Shown: positions 53,509-63,213 of the stretch, piece by piece
Layout of the letters: every line of letters begins with the position of its first letter
Numbering within the stretch: position 1 is the first letter of the stretch
Assembly: GCF_034006665.1 (NCBI RefSeq)
Contig: NZ_JAVESI010000016.1
Coordinates: 329 to 64,328 of the forward strand
DNA: 64,000 nt
Source: Trichloromonas sp.
GTDB taxonomy: Bacteria; Desulfobacterota; Desulfuromonadia; Desulfuromonadales; Trichloromonadaceae
Direction: 5' to 3'
The notes under the pieces: model-generated
Database searches by the model: none
Told to the model about the DNA's origin: nothing
What the model saw: only the letters and a program-made list of their open reading frames with translations
Program-made: the position numbers and the translations under genes

Positions 53509-55236
53509 TTAGCCCGTCCGGCCCAAGGCGGGGTTCAGCAGAAATCCCTCCAGCAGACCAAACAGCGCCGCTGGCAAATCGTCAACCCGGTCAATCACGC
53601 AGTGCTTTGGCCAGAGCCGTTTCACCGCGTCGGTCTGCAGACCAATGGCGCCAATCTCAATGCCGTCGCGTTGCAGCCGCCGTGTCGCGGTACCCGCAGA
53701 CTCCACATCGTCCGGGTATCCATCGGTGATCAGCAGAAGCAATTTGCGCGGCTGCGGCTGGCCCAACAGTGCTGCCCGGGCAAGCCACAGGCCCGTCGCG
53801 GTCGGGGTGCTGCCTGAGGCCCTGAACGCAAACCACGGCGCCTCAGGTCTCTCCCCGAAATCAGCCAGCAAGCGCAGACGGTCGTCTTCCCTGCCGGCAA
53901 AGACGGCCGAAGCGGCGCTCACCCCCGCCAGGTGGTACAGCGTCCGGTGCAGGGCGAAGGCACTGGCGTTGGCCACGGCGCTGAGGCTCTCTCCCTGCGG
54001 TGTTCGGGTCAACATGCTGCCCGAGCCATCGATCAGCACAAACACAGCGGTGTTGAGCGCGCTGACCTCCTCCTTCTTCCGAAAAATACGTGGGTCACCC
54101 AGGGACAGGCGAACCAGCCGCCGGGTATCCATCCGCCGACCCGACTTTGCCGCACTCTGGGCACGGCGCTGCTGAGCCTGCAGCAGGGTCAGCAACCTCG
54201 ACCGCAGGCGCGAACAGACCCGTAAGGCTTGCGCTTCATCCACCGGCTTGACAAAGGGTTCCGGCCCACTGACCCGTTCCGCTGCCGGCAGTAGGGGAAT
54301 CACGGCACAGAGCTTCTGAGGCGTTCGTGCCGAGAGATCATTCAGATCTTGCAACAGCGCGGCGCTGCGATCCCCGTAGCCACCCGGACGACCACTGCCG
54401 CCGACAAGCATCTGCTCCAGCTCTTCAGGGCCTAAAGTCGACCGCTGCAAATGGGCCTCCCCGTCAGAACACTGACAATCTGCAGCCTGCTGTCCGCCGG
54501 GAGAGGGACTCCCGTCAAGAGTTTTGAAGATGGGCGAGGGCTGGGCCGCCGCTGACGCGCCGGCGAACTCTGTCTGGGAGACCTCTTTTGCTGCAGACGA
54601 AGGCGGTAACTCACCCGCCGCCGTTTCCTGCGGCTTCTCCTGCGCCACCTGCTTGAGGCGCTCAAGAATCCGCTCGGCCAGCGACCGGGCCTCTTGGGTC
54701 GATGTCAGGGCGGCAAAACCCGGCTGCAGCAAAGACTCAAGATCGACCATAAAGGCCTGGCCCAGCTCCTGCTCCAGCAGGGTGCGGCAGCGATCCTTTA
54801 GCGGCGTCACCCCGGGGTAGAGCAGGATTTCTCCATAGCCGTAGGTCAGAACCCAGCCGAGCAGGGCCGTTGCTTTATCCCTGGGCAGCAGATCGTCTTT
54901 GGCAAGATAATGACGGGTTACCGCCTCCAGGTCATAGCGGGTCCCGGGCCGCTCCTTCAAGGTCAAGGCCTCGACCCGCACATCCTCGATAATGTTGGTC
55001 AGTTCACCCACCAGGCCGGCAGGACACTCCCCCCGGGTGTATTTCTTGTGCGCCACCTCGTGAAACACCAGGCCCGTCATCAGCATCCGGCCAAGGGGCG
55101 TGGTCGGCATCCGGGCGATGTTGATGCGGCGGCCATCACTACTGCAGTAGGAAGTCTCACCACTCACGGTGAGGGTGAGATCGGTATCCTTCCCCAGGGT
55201 CCGGGCCAGCCCGGCCAGTTCGGTATCGCGAAGCAT
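53509..55236 (-). CDS. VWA-domain protein with N-terminal HExxH metallopeptidase-like domain (CobT-like / DUF2201-like)
   Basis: GLVFHEVAHKKY, NIIEDVRVE, MIDAS VFVLIDGSGSM, LLLITDGYPDD. Confidence 0.7.
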   Translation of the reverse strand: MLRDTELAGLARTLGKDTDLTLTVSGETSYCSSDGRRINIARMPTTPLGRMLMTGLVFHEVAHKKYTRGECPAGLVGELTNIIEDVRVEALTLKERPGTRYDLEAVTRHYLAKDDLLPRDKATALLGWVLTYGYGEILLYPGVTPLKDRCRTLLEQELGQAFMVDLESLLQPGFAALTSTQEARSLAERILERLKQVAQEKPQETAAGELPPSSAAKEVSQTEFAGASAAAQPSPIFKTLDGSPSPGGQQAADCQCSDGEAHLQRSTLGPEELEQMLVGGSGRPGGYGDRSAALLQDLNDLSARTPQKLCAVIPLLPAAERVSGPEPFVKPVDEAQALRVCSRLRSRLLTLLQAQQRRAQSAAKSGRRMDTRRLVRLSLGDPRIFRKKEEVSALNTAVFVLIDGSGSMLTRTPQGESLSAVANASAFALHRTLYHLAGVSAASAVFAGREDDRLRLLADFGERPEAPWFAFRASGSTPTATGLWLARAALLGQPQPRKLLLLITDGYPDDVESAGTATRRLQRDGIEIGAIGLQTDAVKRLWPKHCVIDRVDDLPAALFGLLEGFLLNPALGRTG

Positions 55237-55473
55237 AAGCGTATCCTTTCAGGGTAGCGGCGCATCCAGCGCCAGGATTGAAGGTTGGGGAGTAAGGGAG
55301 GTTAAAAACGGTTGCCGGGGCCGGCTGAGCTGCCGAGCCTCATGGCAAGCACAAAAAAAGCCCCGCAACCAGCAGGCTGCGGTGGCAGCGAACGGGTGCG
55401 GGGCTTCAGAGGTCGTTTAGGGTCAGAGCAGAGCAGGGCGGGGCGGTCTTAAGCCCTTTGCCGCCTGAGGGTG

Positions 55474-57051
55474 TTAGGTGCGCGACAAGAACTCCCCGGC
55501 GTTCGAGGCCGGTTCCACAGCTTCCCAAGCAAAACCTGTAACATTTCGGCTGGCCGAATCAAAATCAATGCCGATCAGGAGAATCTTTTTCCCCTCGGCC
55601 AAGTATTTTTGCTGGTAGTTGCGCTCCTTGATCTGCGCGAGCGCATCACCACTGCCGTCAACCTTGAACTCCAGAATGTAGATGACGTCGCTCAAATGGA
55701 TGGTCAGGTCAATGCGGCCGGTGCTGGTAACATCTTCGGCGACAAGATCGAGGCCCAAGCTGGCCAGATAGGCGTAGATGACGCTGGCGTAATAACCCTC
55801 GTAGCTGCCGATGGTGTTGTTGACGTAGTTGTTGTAGGGAATCGCAGCGAACAGGGAGGTAAGGGTCTGTTTGAATCTAACAATCTCTTGTTTTTTAAGA
55901 TCTGTTAAGAGCTGATTCTTGATCGGTAGAACGTTGCTGTTGCCGGTAAGATAGCTGACGACCACATTATTGAAGGTGATGATAACTTCTCGGTTTGGAA
56001 ATCCCAAAGAATAAGTCATGCCAAAATCAGTTTGTCTTGCCGCCTTGACAGTCAAGTACCCCGCTTGAAACAAAATCGGCTCCAGCTGGATGTTATCGAT
56101 ATCATAACTGTCGATCAGCTCCTCACTTACGTCAAGCTTGTCCAGTTGCGGAATATAGTAATTGTTCTGCTGAATCAGGGTAATCAGGAAGGTCGGCGTG
56201 CCGGTGGCAAACCAGTAGTTTTTGAATTGCTGGCCATTGTCAATAAACAGCAGAATGTCAAAGGGGTTGTAAACGGGTTCACCGAGAAAATTATAGCCGT
56301 TATACCAGCGGCGAACCTCGTCCCGGTCAGCCCCTTCTAGGTGCGCAGCGAAGGTGGTATCCAGATCCCGTTCGGTGTAACCGCAAATAGTGGCGTAGGT
56401 TGGATTCAGGCTGATATCCTTGAGGTTGTTCAGGCCGCTGAAGACCGACATCTTGCTGAACTTGCTCACCCCGGTGAGCAGCGTGAACCGGATATAGGCA
56501 TCGCTGCTCTTGATGATCGAATAAAGATCGCGCAACACGTCACGGCCCTGCCGCGCGACCTCGATCTGATCCAGGTTATCGACAATGAACTTGTCGTATT
56601 CATCGACCAGGATGACGACTTTCTGGCCATATTTCTGGTAAGTATTCCAGATCAGCTGTTTGAAGCAGCCCCCCAGGTTGCGGGAGTTGTCACAGGTGAC
56701 TCCCAGCCGCTGCTGATTAAAGGTGAGCAGATCGCTGACGTCCTCCTGCATATCCTCTAGACTGCGCGCGACTCCGCTGAAGTCCAAAGCGATCACCGGG
56801 TAAACCGTATCCCAGTCCCACTTGTCCTCAATAGACAGCCCCTTGAAGAATTCCCGGCGCCCCTCGAACAGAGCCTGCAGGGTCGAGACCAGCAGGCTCT
56901 TGCCAAAGCGGCGCGGCCGGGCAAGAAAGTAGTATTTACCTTCAGTGACCAGCCGATGGAGTAGCGGAGTCTTATCCACATAGGCATAGCCCTCCGAGCG
57001 GATTTCACTGAAGGTCTGAATACCGATGGGCAGTTTTGCCAGTTTCGTCAT
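55474..57051 (-). CDS. AAA-ATPase-like (PF09820-type) N-domain plus PD-(D/E)XK (PDDEXK_9-type) C-domain protein
   Basis: LPIGIQTFSEIRSEGYAYVDKTPLLHRL...YFLARPRRFGKSLLVSTL. C-terminal GRIDLTIHL..VIYILEFKVDGS. RBS AGGAG. Confidence 0.7.
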   Translation of the reverse strand: MTKLAKLPIGIQTFSEIRSEGYAYVDKTPLLHRLVTEGKYYFLARPRRFGKSLLVSTLQALFEGRREFFKGLSIEDKWDWDTVYPVIALDFSGVARSLEDMQEDVSDLLTFNQQRLGVTCDNSRNLGGCFKQLIWNTYQKYGQKVVILVDEYDKFIVDNLDQIEVARQGRDVLRDLYSIIKSSDAYIRFTLLTGVSKFSKMSVFSGLNNLKDISLNPTYATICGYTERDLDTTFAAHLEGADRDEVRRWYNGYNFLGEPVYNPFDILLFIDNGQQFKNYWFATGTPTFLITLIQQNNYYIPQLDKLDVSEELIDSYDIDNIQLEPILFQAGYLTVKAARQTDFGMTYSLGFPNREVIITFNNVVVSYLTGNSNVLPIKNQLLTDLKKQEIVRFKQTLTSLFAAIPYNNYVNNTIGSYEGYYASVIYAYLASLGLDLVAEDVTSTGRIDLTIHLSDVIYILEFKVDGSGDALAQIKERNYQQKYLAEGKKILLIGIDFDSASRNVTGFAWEAVEPASNAGEFLSRT

Positions 57052-57112
57052 GGATTTTCTCCTGGATTTTCTTCTGACAGTCCCCGATTGATGGCGCCGC
57101 AAAGGTTTTCCT

Positions 57113-58063
57113 CTAAAAATCCCATTGCAAAGCCGTGGCCGGTTGGCGGGGATTTTGCGTCCCAGAGGCAGCTAGTGTCACCGTACAAGTATTCATTATA
57201 TCACCGGAGTCGCCAAAGCCCAAGGGATCCTCTTCCTCAATCTGCTGATCCACCGGCAAACCCATCCGCATCAGTTGGCGGCTGAGCAGGCCCGCCAGCA
57301 GATTGAGATCGTTTCCGGCGATGGGACCCGAACTGGGCAGGTGACTGAGGCTCTCGTCGATGCTGTTTATCAGAGGGGGTATCTGTTGATCCAGAAACGC
57401 CAGAGCCGAAAGCTTCTCCCGCATGGCTACAAGTGGCCGCAGAGCCTTGCGGGTGATACTCCCCTTGCCGGCGTAAGAGGCAGCAAAAGCCGTCCGGGCC
57501 ATCAGCCGGATTTCATGGCAGAGCTGGCCGTAAAGCCCCTGAGTCTGTTCCTGCAGAGGATCACTCTCCGGCAGGGCTTGCGACGGTTGAATGGCCACCG
57601 GAGTAAAGCCGAACTGCAGCGCCTTGTCCACCGTCGTCACAGAATCGATGGCGGCCCGGATGATCGGTGCCCATTGTGGCGGGTTGGCATCAATCCAGGA
57701 GTTGACCTGCGCATCATACTGCTGCAGCAGCTGAGACTTGGCCGCTTGAAAATCCGTTTGCAGCGCAATCAGACGCTGCTCGACCTCCGCTGCCTTGTCG
57801 GTCGGTACTGCGTACCCGCCCAGAAAGCGTACTCCGGTGGCCAGCAGAATCTTCTCCGCCTCGCGTTTCATGGCCTGAAAGGGCGCGAGCGCCTCGCTGC
57901 TAATGATTTTCTTGCTGCCGAGCGAGGCCAGAGTTCCCGGCGGCAGCTGGTGGGTATCGATACCGTTAAGCGCCAGATCCTCTTCTTTGAGTTTCTTGCG
58001 ACCCGTCCACAGCCGGATATCGAGGATGAACAGAACAATCTCTTCCAGAACCGTCAGTTTCAT
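57113..58063 (-). CDS. DUF3150 family protein
   Basis: ILDIRLWTGRKKLKEEDL...LPPGTLASLGSKKIISSEALAPFQAMKREAEKILLATGVRFLGGYAVP. Confidence 0.65.
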   Translation of the reverse strand: MKLTVLEEIVLFILDIRLWTGRKKLKEEDLALNGIDTHQLPPGTLASLGSKKIISSEALAPFQAMKREAEKILLATGVRFLGGYAVPTDKAAEVEQRLIALQTDFQAAKSQLLQQYDAQVNSWIDANPPQWAPIIRAAIDSVTTVDKALQFGFTPVAIQPSQALPESDPLQEQTQGLYGQLCHEIRLMARTAFAASYAGKGSITRKALRPLVAMREKLSALAFLDQQIPPLINSIDESLSHLPSSGPIAGNDLNLLAGLLSRQLMRMGLPVDQQIEEEDPLGFGDSGDIMNTCTVTLAASGTQNPRQPATALQWDF

Positions 58064-58118
58064 GGTGATTCTCCTTTCCAGGTAGCATGAGTGCTCAAGT
58101 GCTGAGGGTGGGTGTTGC

Positions 58119-58499
58119 CTAGAAATCCCAGGTAAGGGAGTGCTGGCGCGAGGGTGTGATGTGAATCGGGTCAGAGTCGGTAACGGCCGTCAGGGGTTGT
58201 GCTGCGTCCTCGGCCCTGGCGGTGGCATCTTCAGCCGATCGCCGGGATTGCCAGCCGTCAGGAGCCTGATAGGTATCCAGGATCCGATAGCCCTTGGTCA
58301 GCTTCTGCTTGACCAGATCCCGCAAGTCGCGATGGTTGCCGCGTTCTTGCCGATGCTGGTTCACCTGGCCCGTCTTGCCCCAGTAACGGTGAAAGGTTCC
58401 ATCCTGGGTCAGGCAGCCCACCCAGTCCTTGCCGCCAGAGCGTGACGGCGAGCGCAGATGAAAGCCGATCAGGGTGTCGGGCGGAAGCGGAGGGCTCAT
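58119..58499 (-). CDS. WGR domain protein
   Basis: GGKDWVGCLTQDGTFHRYWGKTGQ...LVKQKLTKGYRIL. ATGA overlap with the AAA+ gene. Confidence 0.65.
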   Translation of the reverse strand: MSPPLPPDTLIGFHLRSPSRSGGKDWVGCLTQDGTFHRYWGKTGQVNQHRQERGNHRDLRDLVKQKLTKGYRILDTYQAPDGWQSRRSAEDATARAEDAAQPLTAVTDSDPIHITPSRQHSLTWDF

Positions 58500-59497
58500 G
58501 ACGGGTCTCCCGCAGGCGGAGCCAGCTCGGGCGCCGGAATGTTGAAGTGGGTCTGGATCAGTTTATGAAGCATGGCGCGCACATGCTCATCGACCCCGTG
58601 ACCGAACGCCTTATCGAAGGCATGATAGACCACCGGCACATCCGTCCGCTGGGCTCCCAACAGCAGTTTGCGGCCCCAGCGTTTGAGATCCCGGATCGAG
58701 ATGGGGCCGGGACAACTGCCCTGCCGATAACTGGTGCGGATATCGGCAGCCACCTTGACCATGGCGCTGATGACCTTCTCATCCAGCTGGGGCAGGGCGC
58801 CGGACAGGATCTGCTCTTCGATCTTGGCTGCGGGATAGTCCAGGCTCCACTTTTCAAAGCGATTGAGGGTGGCCAGATTAAAGACACTGGTGGCCGCGTA
58901 GATATCACCTCCTTGACCATCGCCCCGGGTGTTGGCGGTAGCCGCCATCAAAATCCGGTTCGCCGGAGTGATGACCGTGCCGTCATCCAGAGTCACCGGC
59001 GCCTTTTCCAGCAGCCGATGACAGGCCATCATCACCTCCGGATTGTAACCATCGATCTCATCAAAGAGGAGGGCATAGCCCCGGGCATAGGCTTCCAGCA
59101 GGGGACCTGGGGTAAAGACCGTATTGCCATTCACCAGCTGAACCCGGCCCAGGATATCGTCCGGTTCGGTACTCTTCTTCGCACTGACGATCACCGTCGG
59201 CATGTGCAGCTTGGCGAACAGCTGTTTTAAGGCTTCGGTCTTGCCGCAGCCTGTCGGACCGGAAACCCACAGCGGCTCCGGCTCTGGATCGCACAGCCAT
59301 TCGATGCAATCCTTTGCCAGTTCCGGGCTCCAGACATAGGTTTCCAGGGCTTGGGGGACTAGGGGATGACCCGGCTTGAAACCGGGCAGAGGCATTTGAC
59401 TGGCAAAGCCGAAGATCTCCTGCACGCTGTAGGTTGTCGCTAGTGGCTCAGGTGCGCTGAAAAGATGGGTGAGGGATGGATGTGTCGGGTTCTTCAT
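58496..59497 (-). CDS. CobS-like / MoxR-type AAA+ ATPase
   Basis: Walker A SGPTGCGKTE, Walker B LLFDEIDG, MAATANTRGDG. RBS GGAGGAG before ATG 59497. Confidence 0.75.
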   Translation of the reverse strand: MKNPTHPSLTHLFSAPEPLATTYSVQEIFGFASQMPLPGFKPGHPLVPQALETYVWSPELAKDCIEWLCDPEPEPLWVSGPTGCGKTEALKQLFAKLHMPTVIVSAKKSTEPDDILGRVQLVNGNTVFTPGPLLEAYARGYALLFDEIDGYNPEVMMACHRLLEKAPVTLDDGTVITPANRILMAATANTRGDGQGGDIYAATSVFNLATLNRFEKWSLDYPAAKIEEQILSGALPQLDEKVISAMVKVAADIRTSYRQGSCPGPISIRDLKRWGRKLLLGAQRTDVPVVYHAFDKAFGHGVDEHVRAMLHKLIQTHFNIPAPELAPPAGDPS

Positions 59498-59631
59498 CGA
59501 AAGTCTCCTCCAGTTCGGGGTCAGATGGGCAAGGCAGACCAGCAGCCGGATCCCTGGTTTTTGATCGGATCCGGCGGCCGGGTTTAGGGCGAAGCACAAT
59601 CGGACAGATTCTTGACGGGCTTAGGGCGCTC

Positions 59632-59820
59632 TTAGCTCATCAGCCAGCCAAGCGCCTGACGGCCATACTTGTAGGTACCGTAGCCCACTCCCGCACCAAC
59701 AGCGGCCACCGCCGCCGCGACGCCGTAAGCCAGGGTACAGGCCGGGTCACCCTGGGCGTTCATCATTACTTTCTGGCCGACTTCCAGGGCCACCTGGATC
59801 ACATCCTTCTCGGTACTCAT
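59632..59820 (-). CDS. Small hydrophobic protein (62 aa)
   Basis: AYGVAAAVAAVGAGVGYGTY glycine-zipper-like TM segment. RBS AGGAAAGGAA. Confidence 0.4.
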   Translation of the reverse strand: MSTEKDVIQVALEVGQKVMMNAQGDPACTLAYGVAAAVAAVGAGVGYGTYKYGRQALGWLMS

Positions 59821-59981
59821 GGGCGTATTCCTTTCCTGCGGTTTTGGGTTGCGTGGGATGGTGGATACAAAAAAACCCCGTCATCTGCTCTCGTGCGATG
59901 CGGGGGGGTTGGCGTGCTTTTTTGAAAAGGTTCCTGTATTTAAATGCCCGGAACGATGAGGCTGTCGTTCGGTCGCTTGTT

Positions 59982-60812
59982 TTACCAGTTCCGGCACTGC
60001 TGCTGATACGGACAGCCACTGCAATGCCATCCCGCACAGGGCAGAAACGCCTCTGCCGCGATGCCGGATAAGACGGCATGGGCCATACGGATAAAGCGTC
60101 GGGTGTCCGCCGGCGTTCTGAGGGTTAAGAGCCGCTCGACTTTGGGCGTTTTGAGCTTGCGGATGACGTTGTAGCAGCAGTGCAGGGTCTCATCCGGTTT
60201 CAGGTAGCCGTTGTGCCTGAGCAGCAGCGCATAAGCGCTCAGCTGCAGATCCTGATCGATGGATTCCTGAGACGGGGAATTCTTGGCGGTTTTATGATCC
60301 ACCGCCAACAAACGGCCCAGCTGATCCCGCAACAACAGATCCACAGCCCCCACCAGATGAAACTCCGTCAAGTCGCCATCGGGCGTGGTCAGTGGCAGAC
60401 TCAAGGGCAGTTCGGTGGCAACGACTTCCATGCCGCAAAAGCCGGGATCCTCCAGATACGCCCGGAGCAACTGTTCTCCCCAGGCCAGCAGCTCCGCAGG
60501 ACTGGTTGCTTCATTGCTGTAGAGAATGGGCGCGCGAGGGATCGCCAGCTCGGAGCTTAAGGTCTCCCGATAAAACGCCAGCACCGCGTCTAGCGGCTCT
60601 GCGGCACCCTTCATCCGGAAGGCCTCATAGTAGTGCGCCAAGGCGGCATGGATGCTGCTGCCGAGAATCAGGGCACTGCTGGTGTGCTCTGGCGGATAGC
60701 CCTTGACGTACTGAAAAAAGTAGCGCAGAGAGCAGGTCAGATAGGTGTTGACCTGGCTGTAGCTGAGATGCAGGTGATGACGTAACACCCTTAAGGAGGG
60801 GGCAGGGCTCAT
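59982..60812 (-). CDS. PD-(D/E)XK nuclease, Cas4/RecB-like with C-terminal Cys cluster
   Basis: SYSQVNTYLTCSLRYFF, GAVDLLL...LLAVDHKTAKN, QLSAYALLL, CAGWHCSGCPYQQQC. RBS AGGAGG before ATG 60812. Confidence 0.7.
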   Translation of the reverse strand: MSPAPSLRVLRHHLHLSYSQVNTYLTCSLRYFFQYVKGYPPEHTSSALILGSSIHAALAHYYEAFRMKGAAEPLDAVLAFYRETLSSELAIPRAPILYSNEATSPAELLAWGEQLLRAYLEDPGFCGMEVVATELPLSLPLTTPDGDLTEFHLVGAVDLLLRDQLGRLLAVDHKTAKNSPSQESIDQDLQLSAYALLLRHNGYLKPDETLHCCYNVIRKLKTPKVERLLTLRTPADTRRFIRMAHAVLSGIAAEAFLPCAGWHCSGCPYQQQCRNW

Positions 60813-60826
60813 AAGTGAACCTCCTT

Positions 60827-61519
60827 TCACGCGGCCTTGACCTGGCCGGAAAACAACGCTTCGATCAGTCTGGAGGCATCGGCTTTATTCAAAAAATCAA
60901 CCATGCGGCCATACACCTGCTGACAGTGCCGGGTGATATCGGCAGGGCTCAAGCCGGCCTCCGCTGCCAGCTTCAGAATCAGCGCCTTCTGCTTGGCGGT
61001 CAGGCGAGAACCGGAATTTACGGCAACGGGCGGCGAAAGCGGACCTGATGGTGAAGACGGATGTGGCGGTGATGGTTCCGCAGGCTGGATACGCGGCGGA
61101 GACTGCCTCTGCGACTGAGGCAGGGAATCCTCCGCTGCCTCAGTCGGGTACAGGTTCACCCCCACGCCCAGAAGGGTGGCGGCCTTCTTCAGGCCATCGG
61201 TACAGGCGGCCTTGACATTGCTGCCCAAATCGACGATCTCACCGCTATCTTTTTGACGGGTGATCTGACTGGAGCCGTAACCCTCCTTGACGATTCCAGC
61301 GGTACTGACGCGCACATGGGCAAGGACTTCCCCGGCGGTGGCGTTGATCTCGACCGAGAGAATCTCAAAGCTCCAGGCGTGGTGAAAGGCCTGGTTAAGA
61401 CGCTCGACCACCGCACTGCCTTCGACATAACTTAGGGTTGCTCCGAAGCTGCCCGGCCGCTGCCTGATCTGATCCTTTCTGAAGGGCGTTGTAAGGGTCT
61501 TTCTGGTTTCGTCATCCAT
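60827..61519 (-). CDS. Rad52/22-family single-strand annealing protein
   Basis: LTTPFRKDQIRQRPGSFGATLSYVEGSAVVERLNQAFHHAWSFEI...VKAACTDGLKKAATLLGVG. RBS AGGAGG before ATG 61519. Confidence 0.7.
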   Translation of the reverse strand: MDDETRKTLTTPFRKDQIRQRPGSFGATLSYVEGSAVVERLNQAFHHAWSFEILSVEINATAGEVLAHVRVSTAGIVKEGYGSSQITRQKDSGEIVDLGSNVKAACTDGLKKAATLLGVGVNLYPTEAAEDSLPQSQRQSPPRIQPAEPSPPHPSSPSGPLSPPVAVNSGSRLTAKQKALILKLAAEAGLSPADITRHCQQVYGRMVDFLNKADASRLIEALFSGQVKAA

Positions 61520-61851
61520 GGATGAACCTCCTTTGTTGATGTGGGTCGGCGCTGAAATGGCGAAAACACCCTGAGAGTTCAGGGCACAAAAAAGCCGGGA
61601 TTTCCTGGTAGAGGGAATGACCGGCAGCGAGATCTTAGGAACTGGTGGCCTGACCCAGGCCGGATTACACGGCAATCTCAGATTGGCCAGTTACTTTCTT
61701 TTAACAAGAGTGAGGGGGGATTTTTTTTTAGGATGCCGAGTTGGACCAAGGGCCAGGCAGAGGCAACAGAAAAGCCGCTACCTCTCAGATGGGAGGTAAC
61801 GGCCTGTAATGGGGTGAGAGGGTAGGGTTTTTGCTCACTTACGAGCAGAGG

Positions 61852-62937
61852 TTAATTCTTCAGTTCCACCACCTCTTCGGCTGTCTTGGCGTCGAAGATA
61901 TTGTCGGTAAATCGCGCCAACTCCTCCACTGTAGCTTCCGAGATGCGCTGTTCAACATGCGGTGGGACAGAGCCGAAACGACGTAGAATCAGACTGGTCA
62001 GGGTCCTGGCCTGGCCTTGCCGTTTACCTTCTTCCCGGCCTTCTTCCCGGCCTTCTTCCCGGCCTTCCTGCCGACCTTCCTGCCGACCTTCCTGCCGGCC
62101 TTCTTCCCGGCCTTTTATAACCCCCCGTTCGATTCCTTGCTTAATCCCTCGCTCGACGCCTTGCTCAATCCATTTCTGTGCTAATGTCGGCATAAGTTCC
62201 TCCAGAGTGTTGCTGGCTGCCAAACTGATTTCGATCGTCTTTTCATCCACATGGTCATTGCAGTGGATGGCGTAATGCAAATAGGTTTCGATCTTTTGCA
62301 GGGTGGTCTGATGGCTATACCCGGCCCGGAGAAGCATGACCGTAATCTGGGGCAGGGTGTCGACCAGGCTGTGCTTGCGGATGTGGTACAGGATCTCCAG
62401 AAACGCCCTGACCTCCAGGCTCAGCTCCAGACGCTGCCGATCCATCTTGGCGACGTCCCACAGGACATAGTCAAACTGCGGAGTGTAGGGCCGCATCACC
62501 TCCGGCACGGGAAGATCCAGCAGATCGATCAGGTCGCGTCGTTGCCAGCCTTCTTCCCCATGATACAGCACCAGCGGGATGATCGGGGGCAGTTTCTGCC
62601 GTGGGAACTGGCTGTGAAAGGCTTCCCACTGGGCCGCGATGTATTTGAGCAGCTGTAGGCTGCACCAGTCGTCGCTGGTGCTTTTGTGTTCAAACAGGGT
62701 GTAGATATAGGCTGAGCGGTCACTTTCTTTCAAGCGTACCCGAAAAACCATGTCGCTGTAACTGTTCTTCAACTCCGGGCTGATGTGGTGATCCGGCAGG
62801 CGCTCCATGGTTGAGAGATCAAGCAGCGCCACAATTGGCTCCGGCAGTTCATGCTGGAACAGATTGCGGGTGACGTTGAGATCATCCAGCACCCGGCAGA
62901 CAAAGGTATCATGAGGGTTATGCAGGGAATTCTCCAT
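61852..62937 (-). CDS. Rpn (YhgA-like) recombination-promoting nuclease / putative transposase
   Basis: HNPHDTFVCRVL, YSDMVFRVRLKESDRSAYIYTLFEHKS (PD-(D/E)XK core), PLVLYHGEEGW. C-terminal EGRQ/EGRE repeats. Confidence 0.7.
   Translation of the reverse strand: MENSLHNPHDTFVCRVLDDLNVTRNLFQHELPEPIVALLDLSTMERLPDHHISPELKNSYSDMVFRVRLKESDRSAYIYTLFEHKSTSDDWCSLQLLKYIAAQWEAFHSQFPRQKLPPIIPLVLYHGEEGWQRRDLIDLLDLPVPEVMRPYTPQFDYVLWDVAKMDRQRLELSLEVRAFLEILYHIRKHSLVDTLPQITVMLLRAGYSHQTTLQKIETYLHYAIHCNDHVDEKTIEISLAASNTLEELMPTLAQKWIEQGVERGIKQGIERGVIKGREEGRQEGRQEGRQEGREEGREEGREEGKRQGQARTLTSLILRRFGSVPPHVEQRISEATVEELARFTDNIFDAKTAEEVVELKN
62027..62110 (-). repeat. 12-nt in-frame tandem repeat x7 within the Rpn gene
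   Basis: CCTTCTTCCCGG x3, CCTTCCTGCCGA x2, CCTTCCTGCCGG, CCTTCTTCCCGG. Encodes (EGRE)3(EGRQ)3-type repeats. Confidence 0.95.
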
Positions 62938-63079
62938 GCTTGGTATTGTAGCCGTAAGCCCACTGGCCGGCAAATGGAAAAAACTTGGTCGCCGTTGCCT
63001 TGCCCTGCAACAGGTTCTCATATTCAGGTTTGCGCCCCCCCCCACCCGGCAACGCCAGGACAGCTCTAATTTGACATCC

Positions 63080-63213
63080 ATGTCGGAAAATGGTCGGTAA
63101 AATCGACGGCCCACGAACAGCCCAAATCCGCATAGTCCCTGGTGGATCAGGCGAATTCACCGATGTGCATTGTGCCGGCGACTTGTTAAATGTCGGAAAA
63201 TGTTCGGAAAAAT
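63080..63213. repeat. Two 24-bp direct repeats 110 bp apart, upstream of the Rpn gene
   Basis: ATGTCGGAAAATGGTCGGTAAAAT (63080-63103) and ATGTCGGAAAATGTTCGGAAAAAT (63190-63213), 22/24 identical. Confidence 0.85.
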
